A program made the position numbers and the translations under genes. Under the pieces are notes generated by a model. That model was not told the origin of the DNA and made no database searches. It saw only the letters and a program-made list of their open reading frames with translations. From an uncultured Pelagibacteraceae bacterium (GTDB lineage: Bacteria > Pseudomonadota > Alphaproteobacteria > Pelagibacterales > Pelagibacteraceae): DNA of 64,000 nucleotides. Shown here in pieces: positions 8,939 through 18,711 of the stretch. Positions within the stretch are counted from its first letter, which is position 1, and the number at the start of each line of letters is the position of its first letter. The stretch lies in NCBI GenBank assembly GCA_902556505.1, contig CACDWM010000004.1, positions 5,716 to 69,715 of the forward strand, given 5' to 3'.

Positions 8939-10396
8939 TTATTTTTTTGCCAACAAGTAATATGTTATCCAAGCAACAAATGCACCTATTATCCAAGCAT
9001 AAGATTGTAAAAACATTAAATTAGTATTCCAAATTGTTGACGCTGAAAAAATAAATCCTAATATTAAAGAATAAACACCTTTGATATGCCAACCACCTGA
9101 ATAATAATAAGCACTCTCCTTGTCTATAGAATATAGGTCTTTATTACTTAATTCTTGATTTTTAATTAAATAATAATCAGCTGTCATCACTCCAAATAAA
9201 GGACCAAAGAAAGCTCCAAAAGTATCAACAAATGATAAAATTCCTATTTGGCTCAATATAGTCAGCCAGAAGATTGCGATCAACAAACCAAAAAAAGCAA
9301 TTAAATAACTAGCGCTTTTTAAACTTAATATTGAAGGAGCAAAATTTATTAAAGAGTACTGAGATGGGATGAAATTGGCAACTAAATTTGTAGAAGCTGA
9401 AGCAATTATAATAAAAAATAGAACGACTATTGTTATTTGTATATTATCAAATTTTCCTACTATATCTGTTGGATTAGTAAAAATTCTATCTATATCTGAA
9501 AATTTTTGATTAAGAAAAACATCGGACCCTATAACAATGAAAACAGATAAAAATGAAAAAATAATTAAATTCAAAATTAGACTTAAGTTTCCTTTTTTTA
9601 ATTCTTGCTCATTTTTTACATATCTAGAAAAATCACCAAAACTAATTATCAAAATTGAAAAATAGGCAAATATTGTTCCAGCAACAGTCAATAAAGGTGC
9701 TAAATTATTAACATCTAAAAAATTATTTAAATTAAAAATATTTGAAAAAGCTTCAGTAGTTATTTTCACATCACTTAATAAAACAACAAAGAAAAAAATT
9801 AACAAACCAGCATAGACTGTCATTGCTGAAAAATTAATTATTTTCTTGTTGTACTGCATCCCAACAGTAAAAAACAAAGTCTGTAGAATAATTGTGATTA
9901 TTATTGCAGACCAATCAATAATATTCATACCAAAATAATAAAAAATAAATATTTCCTGCTGCAATAAAGAATTGTCTATAGAAAAAATTACTATTCTTAT
10001 TAAGTAAACTAAAATTTTAGACAAAAAATAAGTTTGAATTCCAAATAAAAATATTCCAACTAAACTTCTGATTAACCCAAAAAATTTAGCGCCATTAAAT
10101 CCTAGTGAGGATCTAAGCAATACTGCAAATGGTAAACCGAATTTTTGGGAAGGTTTTCCAATAATATTTGAAAATAAATAAACGAAAAAAGATCCTAATA
10201 TTATTCCAAAAAAAACTACAAATATATTTAAACTATACATTAAGTATAAAGAGGATATTAATGAGAAACCAATTACACTCTGTACATTTGCTCCCCAAAA
10301 ACAAAATAGATCTTTCCAATTCCAAGTTTTATAATTTGGATTAACTGTGACTAAGTCCCAATTAGATAGAGAGTATTTTACTTTAGGTTGATTCAC
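8939..10396 (-). CDS. NCS1-family nucleobase:cation symporter
   Basis: About 12 TM; W-x-W-x-D-L-F-x-F-W, GLPFAVLLRSSLG, DFSRY, STNLVANF, DYY motifs. Confidence 0.9.
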   Translation of the reverse strand: MNQPKVKYSLSNWDLVTVNPNYKTWNWKDLFCFWGANVQSVIGFSLISSLYLMYSLNIFVVFFGIILGSFFVYLFSNIIGKPSQKFGLPFAVLLRSSLGFNGAKFFGLIRSLVGIFLFGIQTYFLSKILVYLIRIVIFSIDNSLLQQEIFIFYYFGMNIIDWSAIIITIILQTLFFTVGMQYNKKIINFSAMTVYAGLLIFFFVVLLSDVKITTEAFSNIFNLNNFLDVNNLAPLLTVAGTIFAYFSILIISFGDFSRYVKNEQELKKGNLSLILNLIIFSFLSVFIVIGSDVFLNQKFSDIDRIFTNPTDIVGKFDNIQITIVVLFFIIIASASTNLVANFIPSQYSLINFAPSILSLKSASYLIAFFGLLIAIFWLTILSQIGILSFVDTFGAFFGPLFGVMTADYYLIKNQELSNKDLYSIDKESAYYYSGGWHIKGVYSLILGFIFSASTIWNTNLMFLQSYAWIIGAFVAWITYYLLAKK

Positions 10397-10421
10397 TTAA
10401 TTTATTTTAAACTAATAAATT

Positions 10422-11756
10422 CTACTGTCCATATAAGAGAGTTGGTAGCCATAAGGCAATTTTAGGAAATATGATTATTAAAATTAAGCCTATAACTTGT
10501 AGAACCATAAATTGCATCATTCCATAATAAATATCTTTTAAATCCCATTCAGGTACTACACCTTTTAAAAAATAAGCAGACAAAGCTACAGGTGGAGATA
10601 GCCAAGCGGTCTGGAGATTTACAGCGACCAATATTGCGAACCAAGTTAAATTAAAGCCTAAAGCCTCAATTAACGGTAAAAGAATTGGGACAATAATCAT
10701 AACAATTGGTACCCATTCTAATGGCCAACCTAATAAAAATATTGCAACCATAACAATTCCTAAGATTAAATATTTATTCATTTCTAATCCTAACAAAAAT
10801 TCAGTTAATAAGGTTGGAGTACCAAGTCTTGCAAATACAGCCCCAAAAAAGTTTGATGCAGCGACTAAAACCATTATCAAAGCAGTAATTTCTAAAGTTT
10901 TAACTAGTGCCTCTTGAAGTTTAGATAGAGTTAATTTTTTGTACGCTAATGAAAGCAATAAAGCTCCCATAGCACCACAACCTGCTGCTTCTGTAGGTGT
11001 TGCAAAACCAAACAATATACTTCCTAATGCAGCAAAGACGAGAGCTGCAGGTGGAACTAAACCTAAGAAAAATTCAATCCAAACTTCTTTCATGCTTGCT
11101 GCCCTCATTTCTTCAGGAATTACAGGTCCTAATTTTGGATTTATCATGCATCTTATTGTTGTGTAACCAGCGTATAAACTAGCAAGAAGAATTCCAGGTA
11201 TTATAGCAGCAGCAAATAAGTCAATTACAGGAATTTCCATAATTGGACCCATCACAACAAGCATAATACTTGGTGGAATTAAAATTCCTAAAGTACCACC
11301 AGCTGTAATTGTGCCAGCTGCGAGTCTTACATCATAACCAGATCTATTCATTGATTTTGCAGCCATGATTCCCAGTATGGTTACAGAGGCACCAACAATT
11401 CCTGTTGCTGCAGCAAAGATTACTGAAACAAACAATACAGCATAATACAATGCACCTCTTACTCTAGCCAACATCATTTGAAATGATGAGAACAATCTTT
11501 CCATCAGTCCTGCTTGTTCCATCATAATGCCCATAAAGACAAAGAGCGGGACGGCGGCGAGGGTTTGTTCGGTCATGACCATCGAGAACTGGAGGGTCAT
11601 TAAATAAAAGACTAATTTTCCAAATCCTAGATACCCAAATACAAAACCTAAGAAAATTAATGTAAATGAAATTGGAAATCCGACAAAGATTGCAAAAAGC
11701 ATTACTCCAACTAAAATAAAACCTAAAATGGCTGGATCAATTAATTCTGCTATCAT
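10422..11756 (-). CDS. TRAP transporter large permease DctM
   Basis: AVPLFVFMG, AAATGIVGAS, GTLGILIPPS, TPTEAA, LSPP. Confidence 0.96.
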   Translation of the reverse strand: MIAELIDPAILGFILVGVMLFAIFVGFPISFTLIFLGFVFGYLGFGKLVFYLMTLQFSMVMTEQTLAAVPLFVFMGIMMEQAGLMERLFSSFQMMLARVRGALYYAVLFVSVIFAAATGIVGASVTILGIMAAKSMNRSGYDVRLAAGTITAGGTLGILIPPSIMLVVMGPIMEIPVIDLFAAAIIPGILLASLYAGYTTIRCMINPKLGPVIPEEMRAASMKEVWIEFFLGLVPPAALVFAALGSILFGFATPTEAAGCGAMGALLLSLAYKKLTLSKLQEALVKTLEITALIMVLVAASNFFGAVFARLGTPTLLTEFLLGLEMNKYLILGIVMVAIFLLGWPLEWVPIVMIIVPILLPLIEALGFNLTWFAILVAVNLQTAWLSPPVALSAYFLKGVVPEWDLKDIYYGMMQFMVLQVIGLILIIIFPKIALWLPTLLYGQ

Positions 11757-12367
11757 TCATCTTCTCCTGGCCATTTTCCTCTTGTGGCAGCCCAATAACT
11801 TTTAAATAATTCTGAAATACCTTGGATTAGTAAAAATATTATTCCAATAAGTAGGCAACTTTTAATTGGCCACATATAGGGCATCCAGGTTGTATCCATT
11901 CCTCTTTCACCTCTTTGAATAGACTCCCCTACATATCCAATAGTCATGTAAAGAAATACTATTAAGCCTGGAAAATAAAATAAAATATATAACCAAAAAT
12001 CAATTGTTCCTTGATTCTTAGTTTTAAAATTTCTGTATAAAAAATCAGCTCTTATATGAACACCTTTAGAAAGTGCATAACCAGCACCCAACATAAAAAG
12101 TGCACCATATAAAAAGCGACTTATGTCATAAGCCCAAATTGTTGGGGAATGAAATAATTTTCTAGCAAGAACCTCATAAGTCATTGCAAGAATTAATGGC
12201 ATTAATATCCAACAAACAACGTTACCAACCCATTTGCTAAATTTATCTATATTTACAATTGAACTTGCCATCCATGGTGGCATATCACTTGGCATTTTTC
12301 CTGAACCACCTCGCCTTTCGGCAATCATTTCATCTGATATATCTAATTTACCTGGTTCGTCTGCCAT
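11753..12367 (-). CDS. TRAP transporter small permease DctQ
   Basis: 4 TM, YEVLARKLF, HIRADFLY; between dctP and dctM. Confidence 0.95.
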   Translation of the reverse strand: MADEPGKLDISDEMIAERRGGSGKMPSDMPPWMASSIVNIDKFSKWVGNVVCWILMPLILAMTYEVLARKLFHSPTIWAYDISRFLYGALFMLGAGYALSKGVHIRADFLYRNFKTKNQGTIDFWLYILFYFPGLIVFLYMTIGYVGESIQRGERGMDTTWMPYMWPIKSCLLIGIIFLLIQGISELFKSYWAATRGKWPGEDE

Positions 12368-12380
12368 AAAATTTTATATA

Positions 12381-12413
12381 AAAAATTAGAGCGGACTATT
12401 AAGTCCGCTCTAA
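12381..12413 (-). terminator. Intra-operon hairpin/terminator after dctP
   Basis: TTAGAGCGGACT-taat-AGTCCGCTCTAA 12-bp stem followed by T5 on minus strand. Confidence 0.85.
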
Positions 12414-12432
12414 AGTAAAGATTATTTAATGA

Positions 12433-13527
12433 TTACTTTAATGTTGCTGCGTGAGCCATTCCTAGCTTCGCATTAGACATTTGAGCACCACTCCAGAAAG
12501 GAACTGCAATATCAGCAAATTCTTTCATAGAGTCCCAAACTTCAGCAAAGAATGCATTTTTAGCTGCGTTTGTTTCCAAACTTTTCTTAGCAGCTGCCAT
12601 GTATTCTGTGAAGTAATCAGAAGGAGTATCTTCTAATTTTACACCATGAACTTCTGTAAGCTCTTTTAAAGCTTTTCCGTTTTCATAGATTCTGTAACTT
12701 AGAGATTTCGCTAGAGATGCATTTGCGGCAACTTCTAGAGACTTCTTCTCATGAGCACTCATAGCTTCATATGTTTTTCCAGTAATATAAAAGTCAGCAT
12801 TTACGACTACTTGGTGTAAACCTTGTAGGTAGTAGTGCTTTAATACTTTTTGGAAACCAAACGTTAAGTCTGGTTTTGGACAACACCATTCAGCAGCATC
12901 AATAGTTCCTGCTTCTAAAGCTGGTAGAATATCTCCACCACCCATGGCAACAGATGCTATACCGATGTCTTTATAAGTTTGTCCTGGAATTCCTGGAGGA
13001 GTTCTGAATTTATATTTTCTAAAATCAGCCATATCTTTAATTGGTTTTGGAAACCAACCTAAAGCTTCAGGACCAACTGGTTGAATCATAAATCCTTTAA
13101 TATCTCTTCCCATTTCTTTCCATAGTCTGTCGTATAGCTCTTTTCCTCCACCATACTGAAACCATGATAAGAATGCGATGTTGTCAATACCAACACCACC
13201 ACCTGCTACTGGCGAACCAAATAACATAGCGGCAGGGTGATCACCTGACCAATAGTGTGTCCAAGCAAATCCACAGTCGATAAGTCCTTTATCAACAGCA
13301 TCTAAAGTTTCTTTTACACCAACAACTGCTCCTGCAGGCATAATTTCAAACTTAAGAGATCCACCTGTCAAAGTTGTAACAGTGTCAGTAAAGTCTTTTA
13401 ACATTTTAACTTCATCAGCCTTAGTGTTAAGAACTGTCTGACATTTTAGTGTTTTCGCAGCATTAGCATTCGAAATAAATCCAAATACCATTGCAACTGC
13501 AAATAACATTGAAATGATTTTTTTCAT
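12433..13527 (-). CDS. TRAP transporter substrate-binding protein DctP (TakP-like subgroup)
   Basis: Signal peptide, PAGAVVG...LDAV..G.ID, YWSG, FRTPPG, GTIDAAEW; strong GAGAGGGA RBS. Confidence 0.93.
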   Translation of the reverse strand: MKKIISMLFAVAMVFGFISNANAAKTLKCQTVLNTKADEVKMLKDFTDTVTTLTGGSLKFEIMPAGAVVGVKETLDAVDKGLIDCGFAWTHYWSGDHPAAMLFGSPVAGGGVGIDNIAFLSWFQYGGGKELYDRLWKEMGRDIKGFMIQPVGPEALGWFPKPIKDMADFRKYKFRTPPGIPGQTYKDIGIASVAMGGGDILPALEAGTIDAAEWCCPKPDLTFGFQKVLKHYYLQGLHQVVVNADFYITGKTYEAMSAHEKKSLEVAANASLAKSLSYRIYENGKALKELTEVHGVKLEDTPSDYFTEYMAAAKKSLETNAAKNAFFAEVWDSMKEFADIAVPFWSGAQMSNAKLGMAHAATLK

Positions 13528-13668
13528 TTGTTTCCCTCTCTTTATTTTTAAAAATGAAACCTTGTCAAAGAATGAAATCTAAAACAAGTGCTAATATTGG
13601 ATTATTTGGATATTTTTGTGTACAGAAATATAACAAATAAAAAAAATTTAATTTATAAGAGTTCTAAT

Positions 13669-15264
13669 ATGGATAATTTTGATTTTATAATTTTAGGTGC
13701 TGGATCAGCAGGTTGTGTGCTTGCTAACAGGTTATCTGAAAATCCCTCAAATAAAGTGTTATTAATTGAAGCTGGTGGAAAAGATAATTATCCTTGGATA
13801 CATATTCCTGTTGGTTATTTCAAAACAATGCACAACCCAAAGACTGATTGGTGCTACAAAACAGAGCCTGATGAAAGCATGAATAATATTTCCATTAGGT
13901 ATCCTAGAGGAAAAACTTTAGGAGGCAGTTCTTCTATCAATGGTCTACTTTACATAAGAGGTCAACACAGAGATTATGATATTTGGCGACAATTAGGTAA
14001 CACAGGTTGGGGATGGGATGATGTTTTGCCTTATTTTATAAAAGCAGAAAATCAAGAAAGAGGAAAAGATGAGTTCCATGGAGTTGGAGGCCCTTTATCT
14101 GTTTCAGATCAAAGAATACATCTGCCTCTTCTAGATGAATTTCAAAATGCTGCTGAGGAATTTGGTATTCCTAAAACAAAAGATTTTAATACTGGTGATA
14201 ATCATGGCTGTGGTTATTTCCAAGTAACTGAAAAGGATGGTTTTAGATGTAGCACAGCAGTTGGATATTTAAACCCAATCAAGAGCAGAAAAAATTTAAA
14301 AATTTTAACTCATTCACATGTCAAAAAAATAAATTTTGAAAATAAAACTGCTAAAGAAATTGAGTATTGGGAAGGAAATGAATTAAAAAAAGTTCAAGCA
14401 AATAAAGAAATTATTATTTCATCCGGGGCTATTGGATCTCCTCAAATTTTACAAGTTTCTGGTATAGGAAATCCTGAAAAACTTAAAAATCTTGGAATTG
14501 ATATAGTGCAAGATTTAAATGGTGTTGGAGAAAATTTACACGATCATTTAATGCTTAGACCTATTTATAAAATTAATGGATTAAAATCTCTAAATAAAAA
14601 AATTAATAGTTTATTTGGAAATTTAATGATTGGCTTAGAATATATTTTTAAAAGAAGTGGCCCAATGACTATGGGTGCTAGTCAACTTTGTATGTTTGCT
14701 AAAAGCGATCCATCTTTAGAACTACCAGACTTACAATGGCATGTTCAACCTATGAGTATGGATACTTTGGGAGCAACAAAAAATCATGATTTTCATGCAT
14801 TCACCCCTACTGTTTCAAATATCAGACCAACAAGTAGAGGGCATGTTAGTATTGTTGATAAAGACTCAAGAACTTATGCAAAAATAAAACAAAACTATCT
14901 ATCAACTGATCACGATAGGATGATTGCAGCTAAAGGACTTAAATTAACTAGAAAAATTATCATGGAGTCGAAAACTTTCAAAAAATACACTCCAGAAGAA
15001 TACAGACCTGGCATTCATTTAAATGACGATGAGGAATTAGTTAAAGAAGCCTCTAATTATGCTCAAACTATTTTTCACCCAGTTGGAACTTGTAAAATGG
15101 GTCAAGATGAAATGTCTGTAGTAGATGAAGAACTTAAGGTCAGGGGTATTAATAATTTGAGAGTTATAGATGCATCAATAATGCCAAACATCACTTCAGG
15201 TAATACAAATGCCCCAACAATAATGATTGCAGAAAAAGGTGCAGACATGATACTACAACAATAA
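13669..15264 (+). CDS. GMC-family FAD oxidoreductase (choline dehydrogenase-like)
   Basis: Start moved to MDNFDF (13669). GAGSAG, PRGKTLGGSSSING, NLHDH, FHPVGTCKMG, GNTNAPTIMIAEK. Confidence 0.93.
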   Translation: MDNFDFIILGAGSAGCVLANRLSENPSNKVLLIEAGGKDNYPWIHIPVGYFKTMHNPKTDWCYKTEPDESMNNISIRYPRGKTLGGSSSINGLLYIRGQHRDYDIWRQLGNTGWGWDDVLPYFIKAENQERGKDEFHGVGGPLSVSDQRIHLPLLDEFQNAAEEFGIPKTKDFNTGDNHGCGYFQVTEKDGFRCSTAVGYLNPIKSRKNLKILTHSHVKKINFENKTAKEIEYWEGNELKKVQANKEIIISSGAIGSPQILQVSGIGNPEKLKNLGIDIVQDLNGVGENLHDHLMLRPIYKINGLKSLNKKINSLFGNLMIGLEYIFKRSGPMTMGASQLCMFAKSDPSLELPDLQWHVQPMSMDTLGATKNHDFHAFTPTVSNIRPTSRGHVSIVDKDSRTYAKIKQNYLSTDHDRMIAAKGLKLTRKIIMESKTFKKYTPEEYRPGIHLNDDEELVKEASNYAQTIFHPVGTCKMGQDEMSVVDEELKVRGINNLRVIDASIMPNITSGNTNAPTIMIAEKGADMILQQ

Positions 15265-15857
15265 TGTTTGCAGAATTTTTTACACCTGAGCAAATAGCAA
15301 TATTAACTCAAATTATTCTTATTGATTTAGTTTTAGCTGGAGACAATGCAATTATAATTGGAATGGTTGCATCTAAATTTCCACCAGAACAAAGAAAAAA
15401 AGTTATTTTCTGGGGAATTGGTGGTGCAGTTATTTTAAGAATTATTTTAACATTACTTACCGCATATCTTTTACAAATTACAGGTTTGAGGTTAATAGGA
15501 GGATTGCTGCTCCTTTATATTGTATACAAACTTTATGTGGATGTAATAAAAGGCTCGGAGACCGAAGAAGACATTAAAGTAGATAGCTCTAGTTTTTTAA
15601 AGGCTATTTGGACTGTTCTATTAGCTGATTTTACAATGAGTTTAGATAATGTCCTAGGTGTAGCAGGTGCAGCTGGTGAACATTATGGACTACTTGTTTT
15701 TGGGTTAGTTTTATCAATTGTTTTAATGGCAACTGCAGCAACTTTAATTTCTGGATGGATTAAAAAATATAGATGGATAGCTTGGCTTGGATTATTAGCC
15801 ATTTTAATTGTAGCAGTTGAGTTGATTTACACAGATATTAAAATATTATTCTTTTAA
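15264..15857 (+). CDS. TerC-family (YjbE-like) membrane protein
   Basis: IDLVLAGDNAIII and ADFTMSLDNVLGV motifs. Confidence 0.93.
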   Translation: MFAEFFTPEQIAILTQIILIDLVLAGDNAIIIGMVASKFPPEQRKKVIFWGIGGAVILRIILTLLTAYLLQITGLRLIGGLLLLYIVYKLYVDVIKGSETEEDIKVDSSSFLKAIWTVLLADFTMSLDNVLGVAGAAGEHYGLLVFGLVLSIVLMATAATLISGWIKKYRWIAWLGLLAILIVAVELIYTDIKILFF

Positions 15858-16615
15858 TGTATCTTCAAAAAATAAATCTTAAAAACAAATATGCTTTAGT
15901 TACTGGTGCAGGAAAAGGACTTGGAAGAGCGTGTTCAATTGCATTAGCTGAAGCAGGTGCAACTGTTATAGCTTTAAGTAGAACATCCTCGGATCTTAAT
16001 AAATTAGAAAAGGATATCAAAAAAGTTAAAGGTAAAATTATTAAAGTTTCGTGCGATGTAATGAATTATGAAGATTTAAAACAAAAATTAGAAAAATTTA
16101 AAATTATTGATGTGCTAGTAAACAATGCAGGGACTAATATTCCAGAGCCCTTTGAAAAAATTAAACAAAAAAGTATGAATTACCTTGTAGATTTAAATTT
16201 AAAAGCAGCATTTAACGTGGCACAACTTGTCGTAAAAAAGATGCTTAAAAATAAAAAAAGACCTGGTTCAATTATAAATATGTCATCGCAGCTGGGCCAT
16301 GTTGGCATGGGTGGGAGAAATATCTACAATATGACTAAATTTGGAATTGAAGGATTAACAAAAGGTATGGGAGTAGAGTTAGCTAAAAAAAATATCAGAG
16401 TTAACACGGTAGCGCCTACTTTTGTTGAAACGCCTATGGTTAAAAACTTTTTTAAAAACAAAAAATTTAAAAAATTAGCTCTTGGAAATATTCCTATGGG
16501 TAAAGCAGCTACTGAAAGTGATGTTGCTACAACTGTATGCTTTTTGGCATCCTCAGCATCTTCAATGATAACTGGAACATCAATAATTATAGATGGTGGA
16601 TGGACAGCTCAATAA
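15857..16615 (+). CDS. SDR oxidoreductase (HpsO-like subgroup, tentative)
   Basis: TGAGKGLG, NNAG, SSQLGHVG, YNMTK, APTFVETP, DGGWTAQ. Confidence 0.88.
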   Translation: MYLQKINLKNKYALVTGAGKGLGRACSIALAEAGATVIALSRTSSDLNKLEKDIKKVKGKIIKVSCDVMNYEDLKQKLEKFKIIDVLVNNAGTNIPEPFEKIKQKSMNYLVDLNLKAAFNVAQLVVKKMLKNKKRPGSIINMSSQLGHVGMGGRNIYNMTKFGIEGLTKGMGVELAKKNIRVNTVAPTFVETPMVKNFFKNKKFKKLALGNIPMGKAATESDVATTVCFLASSASSMITGTSIIIDGGWTAQ

Positions 16616-17400
16616 TTTATAGACTTTTTTTTGTTTTTTTAATTTTTATATCACCAGTAAAAGCTATTGAATTCCATGGTAAATTTCTACAAGGTCATTT
16701 TATATTAGGTAAAACTAACCCTAATGCTAAAATTTTGGTTGGAAAAAAAGAAGTTAAAGTCTCAAAAGATGGTTTTTTTGTCTTTGGTATAGATCGAGAT
16801 CAAAAATACGACCTAACATTTACAAAATTTATTAATGGAAAAAAATCAATAACTACAAAAAAAGTTTTAAAGAGAAAATATAATATACAAAGAATAGATG
16901 GTTTGGCAGAAAGTAAAGTCACTCCACCTGAATCTGTTTATAAAAGAATTAAAAAAGAAAATAATGCGATTGGAGAAGCAAGAGCAATTAATTCAGATCT
17001 ACAATTTTTTAAAGAAAAATTTATCATGCCAGTAGAAGGAATAATCAGTGGTATTTATGGTAGTCAAAGAATTTTAAATGGTAAACCAAGATGGCCTCAC
17101 TATGGAATTGATATTGCCGCTAAACAAGGAACGATGATTAAATCATCTGGTTCGGGTGTTGTAACTATGGCTGAAGATGATTTATATTATACTGGTGGAA
17201 CAGTTATAATGGATCATGGTCATGGAATATCAACAATATATTCTCATTTAGAAAATGTTTTGGTCTCAGTTGGTGATCAAATTAATCAAGGAGATATAAT
17301 AGGAACTGTAGGATCAACAGGAAGATCAACTGGACCTCACCTTGATTTTAGAATTAATTGGTTTCAAACACGATTAGATCCAATGTCTGTTTTAAACTAA
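16600..17400 (+). CDS. M23-family metallopeptidase
   Basis: HYGID (HxxxD), YSHL, STGPHLDF; start moved to MDSSII (16600), which gives a signal-like N-terminus. Confidence 0.92.
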   Translation: MDSSIIYRLFFVFLIFISPVKAIEFHGKFLQGHFILGKTNPNAKILVGKKEVKVSKDGFFVFGIDRDQKYDLTFTKFINGKKSITTKKVLKRKYNIQRIDGLAESKVTPPESVYKRIKKENNAIGEARAINSDLQFFKEKFIMPVEGIISGIYGSQRILNGKPRWPHYGIDIAAKQGTMIKSSGSGVVTMAEDDLYYTGGTVIMDHGHGISTIYSHLENVLVSVGDQINQGDIIGTVGSTGRSTGPHLDFRINWFQTRLDPMSVLN

Positions 17401-18701
17401 ATCTCAGATTTTGCTCTGAAACGTTCATAAACCAATCTAGCTTTAACTCCTAAACTTAAAAAAGGATCAGGTGGAAGCCAAGTGGGTTTATTTCTTGCTT
17501 CAATAATTTCCATCTCTTTTGTGGTTTCATTACTTGCTTTGATTGCTATTTGTTCTCCAAACAAAGAACCAACTCCAATACCTGAGCCATTATAACAGCC
17601 TGCTGCAAATATATTGTCATCTATTTTTTCAAAAATTTGTGAACTATTTCTTGTTCTTGAAACAATGCCTGACCAGGAAGATTGGATAATATCAAAAGGT
17701 AATTCAGGAAATCTTTTTTGGATTCCAATCTTTTGTTTCATTGCTCTTTTGTTTAATTCAGTTTTAGACATTTTATAAGGATTATAAACTTCTGCAGTAT
17801 TTCTAATTAAAATTCTTCGATCTTTTGTCATTCTGATTGTTGCACCCATTGGCCTTACAGGTAGCACACCCCATTCTTTTGGCTGTCCAATAGATTTAAA
17901 TTCTTCATCAGATAATCTTCTTGTCATGCTGGCAGTTAAAGTAATAGGAAAATTATAATTTGATTTTATTCCTAATGATTTAAGAAAACCATTAGTAGCA
18001 AAAATAATATTTTTTGTTTTAATTGTTCCTTTTTTGAAATTACAATAAATAAAATCTTTATTTTTAGACCAATTTAATAAACATGAATTTTCATACAAAA
18101 AAATATTTGGAGGTAGAGCGTCAACCATTGCTCTAACTAATTTACCTGGATGTAATAAAATGCCACCTTTTGTATAAAGTCCAATATTGTAAAAAATAGT
18201 ACCTAATTTTTCAGATAATTCATTTTTTCCTAATATGCTATGTTCAAATCCTAAATTAGTTAATGTATTTGAAAAGTTATCTAAAATTTTTTTATCTTCA
18301 ATTTTTGAGGAAGCAAAATATTTACCACTTTCATTCCAATCACAATCTACTTGATGTTCTTTAACAAATTTTTTTATTACATCTATTCCTAATGAATAGA
18401 TTTCAGCTTTTTTTTTGTAATTTTGCAGCTCTTTATTTGATGTAAAACCATCATTCAAGGTTGTATCAACCAAATAACCAGAATTTCTTCCACTAGCGCC
18501 CTCACCTGCTAATTGAGCATCTGCTAGTATAATTTTTAAATTTGAATGTATTTGTCCTAATTTTCTCGCAGCAGACAGACCTGTGTAACCAGCTCCAATT
18601 ATTAACCAATCACATTCCTCGTTTGAAGAAAGTGACTTGTTGGTTTTTCTGGGATTAAGATCGTTTATCCAACTACATCCATTATCATTTTCAACTTTCA
18701 T
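17397..18701 (-). CDS. FAD-dependent oxidoreductase, DadA/PuuB-like
   Basis: IIGAGYTGLSAA, GASGRNSG, HPGKL, GCYNGSG. Confidence 0.9.
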   Translation of the reverse strand: MKVENDNGCSWINDLNPRKTNKSLSSNEECDWLIIGAGYTGLSAARKLGQIHSNLKIILADAQLAGEGASGRNSGYLVDTTLNDGFTSNKELQNYKKKAEIYSLGIDVIKKFVKEHQVDCDWNESGKYFASSKIEDKKILDNFSNTLTNLGFEHSILGKNELSEKLGTIFYNIGLYTKGGILLHPGKLVRAMVDALPPNIFLYENSCLLNWSKNKDFIYCNFKKGTIKTKNIIFATNGFLKSLGIKSNYNFPITLTASMTRRLSDEEFKSIGQPKEWGVLPVRPMGATIRMTKDRRILIRNTAEVYNPYKMSKTELNKRAMKQKIGIQKRFPELPFDIIQSSWSGIVSRTRNSSQIFEKIDDNIFAAGCYNGSGIGVGSLFGEQIAIKASNETTKEMEIIEARNKPTWLPPDPFLSLGVKARLVYERFRAKSEI

Positions 18702-18711
18702 GAAAATGAAT

